The notes below the pieces were generated by a model. It was not told where the DNA came from. It saw only the letters and a program-made list of their open reading frames with translations, and ran no database searches. From Leptogorgia sarmentosa (Eukaryota): DNA of 64,000 bases. This document shows positions 36,651 through 50,839 of this stretch, one piece after another. The first letter of the stretch is position 1. Each line of letters starts with the position of its first letter. The stretch covers positions 248,001 through 312,000 of the forward strand of contig OZ210884.1 of NCBI GenBank assembly GCA_964658305.1, written 5' to 3'. The translations under genes were made by a program, and so were the position numbers.

Positions 36651-39600
36651 AGACCGTGCTGGATGAATTTTTACTTTTTCCTACATCATTCCGTTTTGGC
36701 GAAAAAGAAATATACAAAAGAAGATGCAATTAACACAGCGTTGATGGTGTAATGGCTAGCATTGTTGCCTTCCAAGCAATAGATCCGGGTTCGACTCCCG
36801 GTCGACGCAGAAGAATTAGCTTTTTGTATTTCAGACTTCATTGATAACAATAACAAACCTTAGATTTTTTTACAATTCCGGGCAACATCCTTTGTAGCGT
36901 TTGCCGAGTGGTTTAAGAGGCTGCTTTCAAGCACCAGTCGTTTCGATGGCGTGGGTTGCAACCCAACTTCTGCCATTCAATTTTCTTGGAAAAATTATCA
37001 CTGGTAACTACAGGAAATTGGTTGAGGTACGACGACTGTTTCTTCATTGCCAAAGTGCGGAATAACATCGGTATTGTGGCCGAGTGGTCTAAGGCGCTGG
37101 TTTAAGGCACCTGTAATTTCGATGGCGTGGGTTCGGATCCCACCACTGCCAATACATTTTGTTCTTAATATTTTCACGGCTAACGACAAGAAGAAGAACA
37201 GCGATAGTCACCGTCAGTCATTTGAATGGCATGCATGTGTTCGAATCCCACCACTGCCAAAAAAAATAAATTGTCTGCACAATTATTAAACTCAGATGAA
37301 GGTAATACGTAAATACCTTGTTTCGTGCATCATGCCCTCTCGAAAAAAAGCAAATTTAAACAAGAATATGAAATTGACACATTATTGATGGTGTAATGGA
37401 TAGCTTTGTGGCCTTCCAAGCAGTGGATCCGGTTCGACTCACGGTCAACGCAGATGAATAATAACCTTAAGATTTTTTTACAATTCCCGGCAACATCTTT
37501 TGTAGCGTTTGCTGAGTGGTCCAAGGCGCTGGTTTCAGGTACCAGTCATTTCGATGGGTAGGGTTCGAATCCCACCACTGCCAAAAAAAAACAAATTGTC
37601 TACGCCAGGATTCGAACCTGGAATCTTCTAATCCGTATTCCGACACCTTATGCATTGGACCACGGGGCCTATGGCAGAAAAGCCTTCTGGTACGGACAGT
37701 GCGGAAAATCAAACTACATTTCTATTGAAAAAGAAACTTTATTTGGTGCGCCAATGACAAGCCACACTAATCCATGGCCAATTCCCATCGAAACCAAGCA
37801 CCACGCTCTGCCTACTGAGCTAACGGGCCAGTGGTGATACTTCGCCCATCTCCATTAAAGTCTATTATACTTAAATTTTTATCGAACTTGGACATCATTC
37901 AAAAATGTCTGCACGAAGGAGGTTATTGAAGATAAAAAATATAAGGAGTTTAAGGACGATCCTCCAGAAATGAAGTCACACCCTTTTTCCTGCACTTCGT
38001 CTTAACGATATTTCTTCTCATCCAAACGTAGATTTAGAGAAATGAGAGAAAACTGCGACCCCACCAGGATTCGAACCTGGAATCTTCTCATCCGAAGAGA
38101 GACGCCTTATCCGTTAGGCCATGAGGCCACCTGATCCCTACGTCCTCTGAAGATCAAGAAATTCTAATTCTTGTAACTATCCAATCACCTCCCGGTTGAA
38201 AACTATTTCAGATAAAAAACGACCCCGCTAGTTTGGCTGAGTTGTCTAAGGCGCTGGTTTTCAGACTTCATTTATATCAATAATAACCCTAGATTTCTTT
38301 ACAATTCCGGGCAACATCGTTTATAGCGTTTTCCGAGTGGTTTAGGAGGCTGCGTTCAGGCACCAGTCGTTTTGATGGCGTGGGTTCCAACCCCACAGCT
38401 GCCATTTAATTTTCTAGGAAAAATTATTACTGGTGACTACAGGAAATTGGTTGAGGTAGGACGATTGTTTCTTCATTGCCAAAGTGAGGAATAACTGCGG
38501 GTAGTGTGGCCGTGTGGTCTGAGGCCCTGTTTTCAGGCACAAGTCGTTTCGTTCGCCTGGGTTGCAACCCCACTACTGTCATTTAAATTTCTTGGAAAAG
38601 TTATTTCTGGTAACTACAGGACACTGGTTGATGTAGGACGACTGTTTCGTCATCGTTTGAAGTGGTGCCTTTCGTTGTCGAGCGGTTAAGGCGAGAGACT
38701 AGAAAACTGTTGGGAGTTTCCCGCCCAGGTTCAAATCCTGCCGACTACGTTATGCAAAGACGTCAACATTTTGGCCTCGAATGTGAACATGATTTTTTTG
38801 GGGAAATAACTCGAGGAGAGGAAGTCTGTTCTCGGTGGTGATGGCTGAGTGTTTAAAGTGACAGATTCAACATCCAAGTTTTCCATCCACAAAATCAACG
38901 GAAAGAAGTCGCGTTTTTTATTGTATTAAGGCTATGAAACATGCCAAGAAAAATTTTGTATTTGAATATAAAATAGAAAAAACAAAAGTCCGTGAATTGA
39001 TTATAGCTGTATTTGAAAGTATATATAATTATGTACGTAATTAACCTGGTAGACTACACAGGGAGTGTAGTAGTTCAGTGGTAGAGCATTCGACTGCTGA
39101 TCGATAGGTCGGTGGTTCAAATCCGCCCGCTCCTTATCATACCTATAAACTGGAAATCTTTCAAATTCTTGAAAGCAGGCTGATGGGAAACATGTGACCC
39201 AAAGGGTTGAGATGCATATAGCTGCTCGTGTTAAATCTATCCACCAATATACTTGAAAACGATTACTAAAATATTTTGTTGGATTTTACTGGCAGATTGA
39301 AAATTTATTCATTTAGTAGTGCAACGAGGGTCAATGCCAATGTAGTTTGGTTTGATGTTATTCAGACGTTGTGACGGTAAATGTAACCGAATTTTTTGCG
39401 CGAGGTTTTCTAAAGGATTATTATATTAGAATCGCGTAAAATACTGATTTATTCTACTATCAAAACGGTTAATCTCGGGAATTCCTGAGTAAGAAAAATC
39501 TGACCGATGCTGGAGCCACTTTCGTCACTGTCTGGATGCGCGCCTGAGACGTCAATGTTAAGTTGAACAACGTGAAACCTCTTGGTTGTTGCAACGTGGT

Positions 39601-41021
39601 CGTGGCCGAGTGGTTAAGGTGACAGACTCGAAATCTGTTGGGAGTTTCCCGCGCAGGTTCAAATCCTGCCGACAACGTTATGCAAAGTCTTCAACATTTT
39701 CGTCCCGAATGCAAACACGATTTTTTTGGGGGAAAAACTGGATGAGTTGAAGTTCTAGGAAATTGTTTCACTTTAAACATGATCAGCAAAATATTTTTTT
39801 TGGAAAAGCAAAATCATGACAACAAAGACTTAAATACAGAAAACACTAATACAAGATTTGGTATGAGGGATAGAGCTAGTATAATAGCAATGGTTTTCCT
39901 AATTTGCAATTGTTTTCTTTCTTTGTAAAACGTTACTGTTTAATCTTTTATTAAATTACAGTACGTACAATATCGAATATGTTACAAGTAAGATGAACTA
40001 TGAGTTTCACTTTAAAAATTGTTCTCCATTCCCAAAACAAACAGGCCGAACTTCGATAACGCTACTTTTGAGCCCCATCAGAGATTTTAACTCTGGACCC
40101 CTGATTTACAAGACAAGTGCTCTAACAACTGAGCTAATGAAACTACCTCTTTCTGTATGAAAGTCAGAATATAAATCCATTACGAAGTTAATTAAACTTA
40201 ATTTTCTCTACTATCACGTGTTTTTCATGAAATAAATTCTGTTCTAAAATTTTGTTTCAGGTCACACTTTTCATACAATCATGAGAGTTAACTTGTCTTA
40301 ACAGCCGAACGCCCTTACCGATTGCGCCACAGAGACTGACACTATTCGGAAAACTTTCGGGAAAAAATATAAAAACAATGGATACTATTTTTGGCCAAAA
40401 TCTGATTTTTTGCCAAGGCCACATTGAACTGGAATAATAAACAGAAGATCAACGGTGACGATGACCGCAATGGTGATTACAATAATTTTTGGTGTTTGAA
40501 ACAGATTCCGTGACCAGGATTCGAACCTGGGTTATTGCGGCCACAACGCAATGTACTAACCACTATATGATCACGGCGACGTCGTTGAAAGATTGGAAAG
40601 TGTTTTGGAACGGCTGAGATATTACATTAATGCCCCATTTTTCTCCGTCAGTACAAAGTACAATAGAAAACATTTTGATACCATCAATGGCTTGCTGGTC
40701 TAGTGGTGTGATTCTTGCTTTGCATGCTATAACACCAAAATTTTGCCAAATACAATCTGGAAATTTGCTCTTCCGTAGTCGGCAGGATTTGAGCCTGCGC
40801 GGGAATTTCCCAACAGATTTCTAGTCTGTCGCCTTAACCACTCAAATAAATTTTCATTCTGCGAGTAAAATCCAACAAAATATTTTAGTAATCATTTTCA
40901 AGTATTGGTGCATAGATTTAACACGAATCGTAGTATATGCATCTCAACTCTTTGGGTCGCATATTTCCCATCAGCCTGCTTTAGAGACTTTGAAAGTTTT
41001 CCAGTTTATAGGTAGGATGAG

Positions 41022-41093
41022 AAGGAGCGGGCGGATTTGAACCACCGACCTCTCGATCTGCAGTCGAATGCTCTACCACTGAGCTACACTCCC
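41022..41093 (-). tRNA. tRNA-Cys(GCA)
   Basis: Intact cloverleaf. Confidence 0.93.
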
Positions 41094-42245
41094 GTTGTAG
41101 TCGACTAGGTTAATTACGTACATAATTATATACTTTCAAACGCAGCTATAATCAATTCACGGACCTCTGTTTATTCAATTTTACATTAATATAAAAAATC
41201 TTTCTTGGGATGTTTCATAGCCTTAATAGAAATAAAAAACGTGACTTCTTTCCGTTGTTTTGTAGATGGAAAACTTGGGCATTGAACGTGTCACTTTAAA
41301 CACTCAGCCGCCAGCAGAAAATTTTTTTGGGTTCGCTTCGTGGCTTGGTTATCACGTATTGCAACATTCGACTGTCATATAAAAGGTTTTTACCGCCAAA
41401 TTTGTCGAGCTTCGTTAGCTCACACTATATGGTCCCGACTCGCCAGTAGCGATCCTGTAGTTTCGATTCTCGCGTGTGCATTTTTGTCATTTTGTTTTTT
41501 TTGTCACTTTGTTTGTTTTCTTTTAAGGTTTTTTTTCTTCTCAGCATTTTGTTGTTAGGGTCAGAATTACTGTTTGGGCCAGAATTAGAAAAACAAAAAG
41601 AAAAAGAAAAGACAATATTTTCTGTTTTAATAGATTCAGAATTGGATCAGTGCTTGGATGACGTGGGTTCGGATCCCACCGCTGCCAAATTTTTGTTGTT
41701 CGTGGCTGCATTCGTTTGTTGAGCTGATATAAGTTTCACAAGCTGAAGCTTTTGAACCAAATATGAAGAAACTCGTAATTATATCCATGATTGAACAAGA
41801 GTAAAATTGATATTTTATGATATCATCCTCCTTTGCCCAAAACTATTTGATTCCCACAAACCATTTCATGATGGACAGACTTTTTGCATTGGTTTCCAAA
41901 TTCTTGATAATTTTTCAATCGTTTCTAATTTCCTTCGTTAAATAACTTCTATAACGCAAGATCGCTTTTGTAACTAAAATAAGAAATTCACCTTCGCACC
42001 AATTATTCTTCCTCGATTATTTTTTTCAACTAAATATGACACGCAAAATGGACAGTGCAAGAGAAATGTAATATAATTCACTACCTTATACAATGTTTTA
42101 ATTCGTCTCTCGATCTAGGGTTTGCCGAGACTTAAACTCGGATCCCTGGATTCAAAGTCCAAAAAGAATTCTTGGATATCGAAAGACATCTCTTTAAACG
42201 ATGTGGATGTTTACTAAAGGGAAATTATACTGTCTGCAGTTTACA

Positions 42246-42327
42246 GGTAGCGTGGCCAAGTGGTCTAAGGCGCTGGTTTCAGGCACCAGTCATTTCGATG
42301 ACGTTGGTTCGAATCCCACCGCTGCCA
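42246..42327 (+). tRNA. tRNA-Leu(CAG)
   Basis: CTGGT-TTCAGGC-ACCAG; one T-stem mismatch. Confidence 0.85.
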
Positions 42328-42733
42328 AATTTTCGTTGTTCGTGGCTGTATTCGCTTATTAACGATTCACTATTCGTTCATAATTTAACCCGCAACGGAA
42401 GAAAGTAAAATGAATATTTTCTAATTTTACTCTCTTTTGCGTGCTGACACGACTAATAAAGATCTAATTTCAGCACAGTAAAACCATATTCATTTTGTTG
42501 CACAGGAATAGTGAACAAGTTATCACTCCCATGTGGTTTAGTGGTTAGGATCTGGCGTTTTCACCGCCATGGGCCGGGGCCAATTCCCGTATTATCACGT
42601 GTTTTTAATGAATTATATTCACTCCAAAAATTTTCTTTTGGGTCACACTTCCCATATTCCCATAATCTCGAGAGTTAACTGCATACGTTGTAACTAGTTA
42701 CAAAAAAGGGAATGAATGAACACTTATTCACAA

Positions 42734-42818
42734 AGCCTCATCAGAGATTTGAACTCTGGACCCCTGGTTTCCTAGCTGTTTTACTAAACCAGTGCTCTAA
42801 CCCCTGAGCTAAAGATGC
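42734..42818 (-). tRNA. tRNA-Thr(AGT) with 12-nt intron (42770-42781); acceptor stem damaged
   Basis: CTGGT-TTAGTA[AAACAGCTAGGA]A-ACCAG; second copy at 54675-54762. Confidence 0.75.
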
Positions 42819-43034
42819 AACTTCTGCCCTATTGAAACTCAATATAAATCCAATTACGAAGTTAATTTAAACTTAATTTCCCGTATTATCACGTGTTCCT
42901 CATGAAATAAACTCACTTGAAAAATTTTGTTTCAGGTCACACTTATACAACCTGTAGAGTTAACTGCATACCTTGTAACCAATCACAAAAAGGAAATGAA
43001 TGAATTCTTATTCACGATGGATACTTATTCACAC

Positions 43035-43107
43035 AGCCTCATCAGAGAATTGAACTCTGGACCCCTGGTTTAGGAAACCAGTGCTCTAACTCCTGAGCTA
43101 ATGAGCC
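43035..43107 (-). pseudogene. tRNA-Thr body with CCT anticodon
   Basis: Loop TTCCTAA; flanks homologous to the CGT and CGC copies; acceptor mismatch. Confidence 0.78.
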
Positions 43108-43261
43108 GACATGCTAATATCTTCCTAGCATGTTTTTTTCAATTAACGTAGTACTCTTTCAATAGCTTTTTAATTTCTTCAGATTTAACTCACTGAACAG
43201 CACATGGAATATAATCAGGGCGTTTGTCTTCCACGTCCTTCAAAGATTTCGATGAAAATAA

Positions 43262-43334
43262 AGCCTCATCAGAGATTTGAACTCTAGACCTTTGGTTTAC
43301 TAGACCAGTGCTCTAACCACTGAGCTAATGAGGC
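43262..43334 (-). tRNA. tRNA-Thr(AGT), intronless
   Basis: Loop CTAGTAA. Confidence 0.85.
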
Positions 43335-43971
43335 AAATTCTTCCCTTTGAAACTCAGAATATAAATCGAATCAGAAGGTTAAGTGTTCACTTCAAGGTCA
43401 AGCACTTCTGGCCACGCTATCTCTCGAAATTTTTTTCCAAATTCAAATTAAAAATATTATCGTTATTTTCACATTGCGAGAAAAAATACATGTTTCTCCC
43501 ATGTGGTCCAGTGGTCGGGATCCGGCGTTCTCACCGCGAAGGCTCAGGTTCTATTCCCGGCATGGGAATAATACTTCCGAGAGAGGGGAAAAAACGTGCA
43601 ATTCGAGAAATTAGCAAAACCATTGCTATTATAATAGCTCTATCCTTTTACCCATTCTTTTGGTGTTTTCTGTACTTATGTCGTTGTTGTCATGATTTTG
43701 CTTTTCCAAAACAGTTTCCTAGAATTGTAACCCAGAATATTTTCATTTCGTTGCATTTCAATTTCAATTTCGTTGCATTTCAGTTTCATAACGTTAATAC
43801 AATAAAAACGGGATTTCTTTCCGTTGAATTTGTAGATGGAAAACTTGTACATTGAATCTGTCACTTTAAACAGTCAGCCACCACCACCGAAAAGAGAACT
43901 TCCTCTCATCGAGTTTTCCAAAAAAAATTCATGTTTATATTCAAGGCCAAAATTTTAAAGGCTTTGCATAA

Positions 43972-44053
43972 CGTAGTCGGCAGGATTTGAACCTGCGCGG
44001 GAAACTCCCAACAGATTTCTAGTCTGTCGCCTTAACCGCTCGGCCACGACTAC
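43972..44053 (-). tRNA. tRNA-Ser(AGA)
   Basis: Intact. Confidence 0.95.
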
Positions 44054-46466
44054 CTTGCTACAACCAGCAGATTTCGCGTTGTTAAACTAAACATTGACAT
44101 CTACAACTGACCTACTCTCTCAGCGCCATACTGTGAATAATATGTAGAATAGTGAGAAGAGGTTACCGTTGCGTGGGGCCTGAGCCCAACGTTGCGTGCG
44201 AATAAAATGGAATCTTTAGGGTGTTTCTTTCTTAATAATATACGTAAATGTATAGCTCGACTGTGATTGGTTTATTTCAGTGCAGTTAATCCCAAATCAT
44301 TGTATAATTTTGTGTAATCACAGTGCCATTTTCTGTTATCACTTTGAACCAATTAAATTAGAGCTCAAGCTACAGATTGCTTCAAAACAAAACAAACATA
44401 GCGGACGCGCTAAACAAAGCAAAAATTGTCTTCGGATCGAAAATATAACTTTTATCTTCTCTTCACATCCAACGGCAATAATAAACAGAACTTCAACGGT
44501 GACGATGTCCGTAATTACAATACTTTTGGCTGTATGAAACAGATGGCATGTTTCATAACCTTAATACAATAAAAACGCGACTTCTTTCCGTTGATTTTGT
44601 GGATGGAAAACGTGGACCTTGAATCTGTCAATCTGAGGTGACCACGTGGGACGTACGCCCAAGGTTGCTTGGGAATAAAATGGATTCTTTTGGGTGCTTC
44701 TTTCTTGATAATATACCTAAAAGTATTACTAGACTGTGATTGGCTCATTTCTGTGCAGTTAATCCCAAATCACAGTGCAGTTTTATGTTATTACTTTGAA
44801 CCAATCAAATTAGAGCTCAAGCTACAGTTTGTATCAAAACAAAACAAACATGCTTCAAAGCTGCTTCAAATTGAAATTTTCATAATAAATTGCCACGCCG
44901 GGAATGGAACCCGGGCCATGGCAGTGAAAACGCCAGATCCCAATCAGTAGACCACATGGGAGTGATAACTTGTTGCTTGAATATTTCTGTGTTAAAGGCC
45001 AGGTTTTCTGTCGTGTTGCAGTTGAAATTGAAATGCAACAAAATGACAATATTATTCGTTAGCGGGGAATCGAACCGGTCTCCCGCGTGGCAGGCGAGAA
45101 TTCTACCACTGAACCACCAACGCAAAATTGCTCAATTCTTTTATTAAAATGTTCATATTCCACAAGATGCCGAACATTTTCACGAACACCTTCAAATAAT
45201 AAACAGAGTAAGTTCCAGGAAATTGTTGCACTTTAAATCTCATCAGCAAAATCAATTTACATGACGGAGGTACATATTATTTTATTGGAATTTTTTCAAT
45301 CAATCGCAGTTAAAATCGGACGCTTTTAATACCATTACGAATTTTCAGTGGTCATCGGAATACTGTGTTTATGTTGTTTTTGCATTATCTTGTTATTGTT
45401 TGGGAGGTTGAAATTGAGGGATTGCTATACATTTCGTGTAGTGCACTGGTTACACACGCTTCTAACACTGCAAGGACCCCAGTTTAAATCTGCCTATGAC
45501 CTGCATCTCCATGAATTTGTTTCAAATTTTTCCTTGCATCGATTCACTTCTCCAGAATTTTCTCTCTGTTTTGTAATTTTGTTCCAATCCGTTTCTGTTG
45601 CGTAGTGGTTATCACGTGCGCCTTACACGCGCAAGGTCCCCAGGTCTCGAGCGGAAAGATACATATTAACTTTTTTTATTGGAGATATTTTTCTGTTTGG
45701 AATTTTTCAGTAAAAAACCAGAAACATTTCTTGGTGATTTCGAATTTGTGTAAATAGATCAGCTCTGAAAAGAAATATTCTCAATTTTTTTGTAAATTTG
45801 TCTGGAGTGGGATTCGAACCCACAACCACATGTGTGGACAAGAACGCCCTATTATGTCAAGGTTGATCGTGACAAGTTTTTGCGCTTGAGTCTGGCGCCT
45901 TAGACCGCTCGGCCATCCTGACACGCATGAAAACAGCGAATTTCCTACAGCACATTTATTCTTTGCTACCTTCAACATGCCACATCCCGTTCTAATTCTT
46001 TCCCTTTAGAATTTACCTGATCCAAATACGTGAAAGAGGTACACATTATTTTATTACAATTTTTTCTATAATCCCAGTTAAAATCAAACGATTTTAATAC
46101 CATTGGGAAATTTGAATGGTCACCGGAAATACTGTGTTTATGATATTTTTGTATTATCTTGTTAGTGTTTTCGACGTTGAAATTGAGGGTTTGCTATACA
46201 TTTCGAGTAGTGGACTGGTTATTGGATGCGTCTCACATCTGCGAAACGTTGTCTCTGTTTTCCAATTTTCTTCCAGTTCATTTCCGTATAGTGAAGTGGT
46301 TATCACGTGCGCCTTACACGCGCAAGATCCTCGTTCGAACCTGGGCGGAAATATACATATGGGCTTTTTTAACTGCAGATATTTTATCTTTGCACATTTT
46401 CAATGAAAAACGTTAAAAATCGATAAAAGTGAATACATCAATTTCTATATGTTCACGCATATGTCA

Positions 46467-46539
46467 GTTTCCGTTGTGTAGTGGTGATCACATGCGCTTA
46501 ACACGCGCAAGGTCCTCAGTTCGAACCTGGGCGGAAACA
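46467..46539 (+). tRNA. tRNA-Val(AAC)
   Basis: GTTTCCG...TGCGC-TTAACAC-GCGCA...CGGAAACA; T-stem imperfect. Confidence 0.82.
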
Positions 46540-46608
46540 TACATATGAGCTTTTTTAAATAGAGAATATTTTTTTATTGGAATTTTTCAGTAAAAATTTC
46601 AAATTTGT

Positions 46609-46732
46609 TGTCAGGAGTGGGATTCGAACCCACGACCACATGTGTGGACCAGAACGCCCTATTATGTCAAGGTTGATCGTGACAAGTTTTTGCACTTGAG
46701 TCTGGCGCCTTAGACCGCTCGGCCATCCTGAC
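46609..46732 (-). tRNA. tRNA-Leu(CAA) with 40-nt intron
   Basis: Intact 84-nt mature cloverleaf; intron TGCAAAAAC...TAATAGGGCG after position 37. Confidence 0.93.
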
Positions 46733-47044
46733 ACGCATGAAAACATGGAATTTCCTATCAAGTTCACCTTCACATTAATTTTGTTCTTGGATAAATTAGT
46801 TTCAATTAACTCTGAATTGCCAAATGAATGGTGGAAGAGAAAGGTAATACAATCCGCTGTATTGTAAAAAATTCAAATGTAATGTCGAAAATAGGCTCTG
46901 CCGAAGCTTGAACTCGGATCGCTGGATTCAAAGTCCAAAGTGCTAACATGACAAAGTTTCCCAATTGTTTCACGTTTCTTTCTTTCTTGTACAACGAAAG
47001 GCACCACTTCAAACAATGAGGATGTTTACTAAAGAGAAATTATA

Positions 47045-47705
47045 TAATCAGTACGCTCTTAGGTTCTGAACTAATAGACGCTGACCTATCAGATCGAAAG
47101 GCTTCCTGAAGTCAAATATCATTACTCGTACATCATTACCGCCGTTGCCATCAGTTGATTTACTCCAAGGGTGAAACATGCTTATGAGTTTTGAATCGGT
47201 GCTTGAGTTTGGAATCGTTCCGTACTGATTGGGCTCAACTTTTGTAAGCACAGCTGGTTTTATAAAATTATAAACAACATAGACCTGCACGACTTTCGAC
47301 ACAATCGTACTCAGGGAACTGGGACGCAAGTGGCGGTTAACATCGCGTAATGGTTCTTTTTTCGGAATTGGTACAACATCTGCGTGTTTCCAAGATTGTG
47401 GAGACCGCCTGCGCGATACGACTTATTTTCAATTGATGCAATGAGAATGGTGCGAAAATATCAGCATTTTCTTGAACGACCCAACCAGAGATACCATCCG
47501 GTCCCGTTGATTTTCTTGAATTTAGTGTTAGTAAGCTTTTGAAAATCTGAATTTCCCAGACGTGAAAATCCTGTTCATTACTATCAAGTATTATTTGTTG
47601 ACTATTCCCAAGTAAAGGAGTAAAGTCTTTCATCGGTGCCGCTTATTTCCCATTCGTAAACGGTCGTTGCCTTCCGAAACGGCCGATGCCTTCCCTGCTC
47701 TCTTT
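47045..47705 (-). mobile_element. mirror copy of the LINE RT fragment
   Basis: Near-identical reverse complement of 16075-16735. Confidence 0.88.
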
Positions 47706-48548
47706 TTAAATGTTACATAATGTTTTTGTTTTCAAATATTTTCAGCGAAAGTTGCATCGACACCAAGATTGCTTTGCTAAAAAAGGTTCTTACCGAACTT
47801 CTTTGTATAACTTTTGTCCTTTTTCTCCTTTATTTAATGCGGTAACCCCAAAATTTTGCCCAGTAGCTGCATTTTAGAAAAAATATCGAAAATTTGCTTT
47901 TCCGTAGTCGGCAGGATTTGAACCTGCGCGGGAATTTCCCAACAGATTTCGAGACTGTCCCCTTAACCACTCGGCCACGACCACGTTGGCACTGGTATGG
48001 GCTTGCACTTCGAACTGAATAAATCTTCAATCTGGCAGTAAAATCCAACAAAACATTCTAGTAATTAACATCAGGACTAATCGTTTTCAAGTATTAGTGA
48101 ATATATTTAACACGAATCGTAGTATGTGGGTCGTATATTTCCCATCAGGCCGCTTTATTGAATTTGATATTTTTTCAGTTTATAGCTAAGATAAAAAGGA
48201 GCGGGCGGATTTCAACCAGCGACCTCTCGATCTGCAGTCGAATGCTCTACCACTGAGCTACACTCCCTGTGTACTCTACTAAGTTAATTACGTACCTATA
48301 CTTTGAAGCGCAGCTATAAACTTTTCACGGACCTCTGTTTTTCAATTTTACATTCAAATACAAAATCTTTCTTGGCATGTTTCATAACCTTAATACAATA
48401 AAAAACGCGACTTGTTTCCGTTGATTTTGTAGATGGAATTTAAACATTCAGCGATCACCACCGCGAGAACAGAATTTCATCTCATCGAGTTGTTCCACCA
48501 AAAAATCGTGTTTACATTCGAGACAAAAATATTGAAGATATTGCATAA

Positions 48549-48630
48549 CGTAGTCGGCAGGATTTGAACCTGCGCGGGAATTTCCCAACAGATTTCGAGT
48601 CTGTCGCCTTAACCACTCGGCCACGACTAC
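48549..48630 (-). tRNA. tRNA-Ser(CGA)
   Basis: Intact. Confidence 0.95.
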
Positions 48631-49572
48631 GTTGGAATTAATCTCGGGTTGCACTTCGAACTGAATAAATCTTCAATCATCCAGTAAAATCAAACAAAAT
48701 ATTTCAGCAATTAGAAGCAGGATTGATCGTTTTCAAGTATTGGTGGATATATTTAACACGAATCGTAGTATATACATCTTAACCCTCTGGGTCGGATACG
48801 TCGCAAGGCCGGATCCAGACCATATCGAACGTATCAGCTGATACGAAAAAATATAGGAATAATGGATACTATTTTTTGACCAAAATCTGATTTTTTGCAG
48901 GATGATTGATTGGAAATTGTTTGCGAACGGCTGAGATATTCCATTAATCCCATATTCTTCTTTGTCAGTACAAAGTACATTAGAAAACATTTTGATACCA
49001 CCAATGGCTTGCTGGTCTAGTGGTATGATTCTCGCTTTGGGTTCGAGAGGTCACGGGTTCGATTCCCGTGCAACCCTTAATTAACCAAGTCAATAGGGCT
49101 TTCTGGTCCACACATGTGCTCGTGGGTTCGAATCCCACTCCTGGCAACAAATTTACAAACAAATTGAGAACATTTCTTTTCAAAGCTAATCTATTTAAAC
49201 TAATTCGATATCACCAAGAATATTTTTCTGGTTTATTACTGAAAAATTCAAAAAAAAAATATGTCCATATAAAAAAGCTCATATGAATGTTTCCGCCCAG
49301 GTTAGAACTGAGGACCTTGCGCGTGTAAGGTGAACGTGATAACCACTACATTACGGAAACGAACTGGAAGAAAATGATAAAACTGAGACAAAGTTTCGGA
49401 GTTGTGAATCGATGCAACAAAAAATATGAAGCAAGTTAAAGGCCATGTAGGTCCTTGTCAGATTTAAACTGGGGTCCTTCCAGTGTGAGACGCATGCAGT
49501 GACCAGTGCACTACACGAAATGTATAGCAAACCCTAAATTTCACCATCGAAAACGCTAACAAGATAATACAA

Positions 49573-50399
49573 CTAGAAATACATATATGCAGCAACCCCT
49601 CGCCTTACTAACCAAACAATGCAACTATATTTTTGGAACATGAAGTACTTCAAAGCCGCCTGAGGTTGTTGTCATGGCAACACGAACGGATATTCATATT
49701 TCTGTATTTTTTTGAAAACTGTCAAAATATCAGCTTTTATCTTTGTTTTATTGGCATTTTTTTTAAGTTGGTGAACTATTTGTTATCCGTACGTTATTAG
49801 GACTAATTATTAAGATAAACTTGAATTAATTGCGAAATACTGCATTTATTTGCATGAAACTTTTGTTTAAATATTCAAGTCAGTCTTTGACATATGAGTT
49901 TCCGGGCAATGTTCGCTCGTTTTAGGGTAAAATTTGTAAATATTTTGTGAAGCCTTGCACTTATACTCTGGAATTGAACCGTATGCGGCTACGGCCGGCG
50001 ACCTTTCATACAAATAGTAAATATACGCAAAACAAAAGTACACTGCCAACAATATATTGAAGAACTTATCGGTCCTGTGTGTCATTTCATGGTCGTTTCT
50101 TCCCCTTTCTTAGCGTTTTATATCTTCTCAGAAGGCTTTTCAAGTCTTACAGCGTAGATATTGTCTTTGTTTTCGCCTTACCAAAATCTTTAAGCCTTTA
50201 AAATGCTTCTTAAAAGCCTTAAAATGCTTCGGCTCTTCATGATAGTCCGCCATATTTTTGAGATCAGTGGTGACCACCCTTCGACGATGACCCAAAATGG
50301 CGGCCAAATCGAGCAACTTTGGACTCGCTATGCGGAATTATTACCCTCGCCCCGGACTAACGCCCGGACGGCGCTTCGCGCCGTGGCTCGGGGAGAATA
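49573..50399 (-). mobile_element. Helitron/Helentron-like non-autonomous element
   Basis: Absent from the paralogous spacer at ~18060; no TIR or TSD; minus-strand 3' end CTAG in a T-rich site; hairpin ACGGCGC-GAA-GCGCCGT at the other end. Confidence 0.6.
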
Positions 50400-50766
50400 G
50401 CATAAACACAGTATTTCCGGTGACCATTCAAATTTCCCAATGGCATTAAAATCGTTTGATTTTTACTGGGATTATAGAAAAAATTGTAATAAAGTAATGT
50501 GTACCTCTTTCACGTATTTGGATCAGGTAAATTCTAAAGGGAAAGAATTAGAACGGGATGTGGCATGTTCAAGGTAGCAAAGAATAAACGTGGTAGGAAA
50601 TTCCATGTTTTCATGAGTGTCAGGATGGCCGAGCGGTCTAATATAAAAATATATTTATTCAGTTTAATTAGGTGTTTATTATCCGAAAATTTGTGGCGCC
50701 ATTTCGTGGTTCCAATATAATTATTTCCAAATAACAAATTTAAAATGAAAGCAGAAACACTTTCCT

Positions 50767-50839
50767 TGTTTCTGCCCAGGATTGAACTGCGGACCTTGCG
50801 CGTGTGAGGCGCACGAGATAACCACTACACCACAGAAAC
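50767..50839 (-). tRNA. tRNA-Val(CAC), diverged
   Basis: Loop CTCACAC. Confidence 0.78.

Larger units (their letters stand above)
33996..37850 (+). repeat. ~2.3-kb tandem duplication (Gln, Leu-TAA, Gly-TCC, Leu, Arg units)
   Basis: Gly(TCC) at 34418 and 36738, Leu(AAG) at 34750 and 37070 (offset 2320); related to 330-1500 and 4150-5200. Confidence 0.88.
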
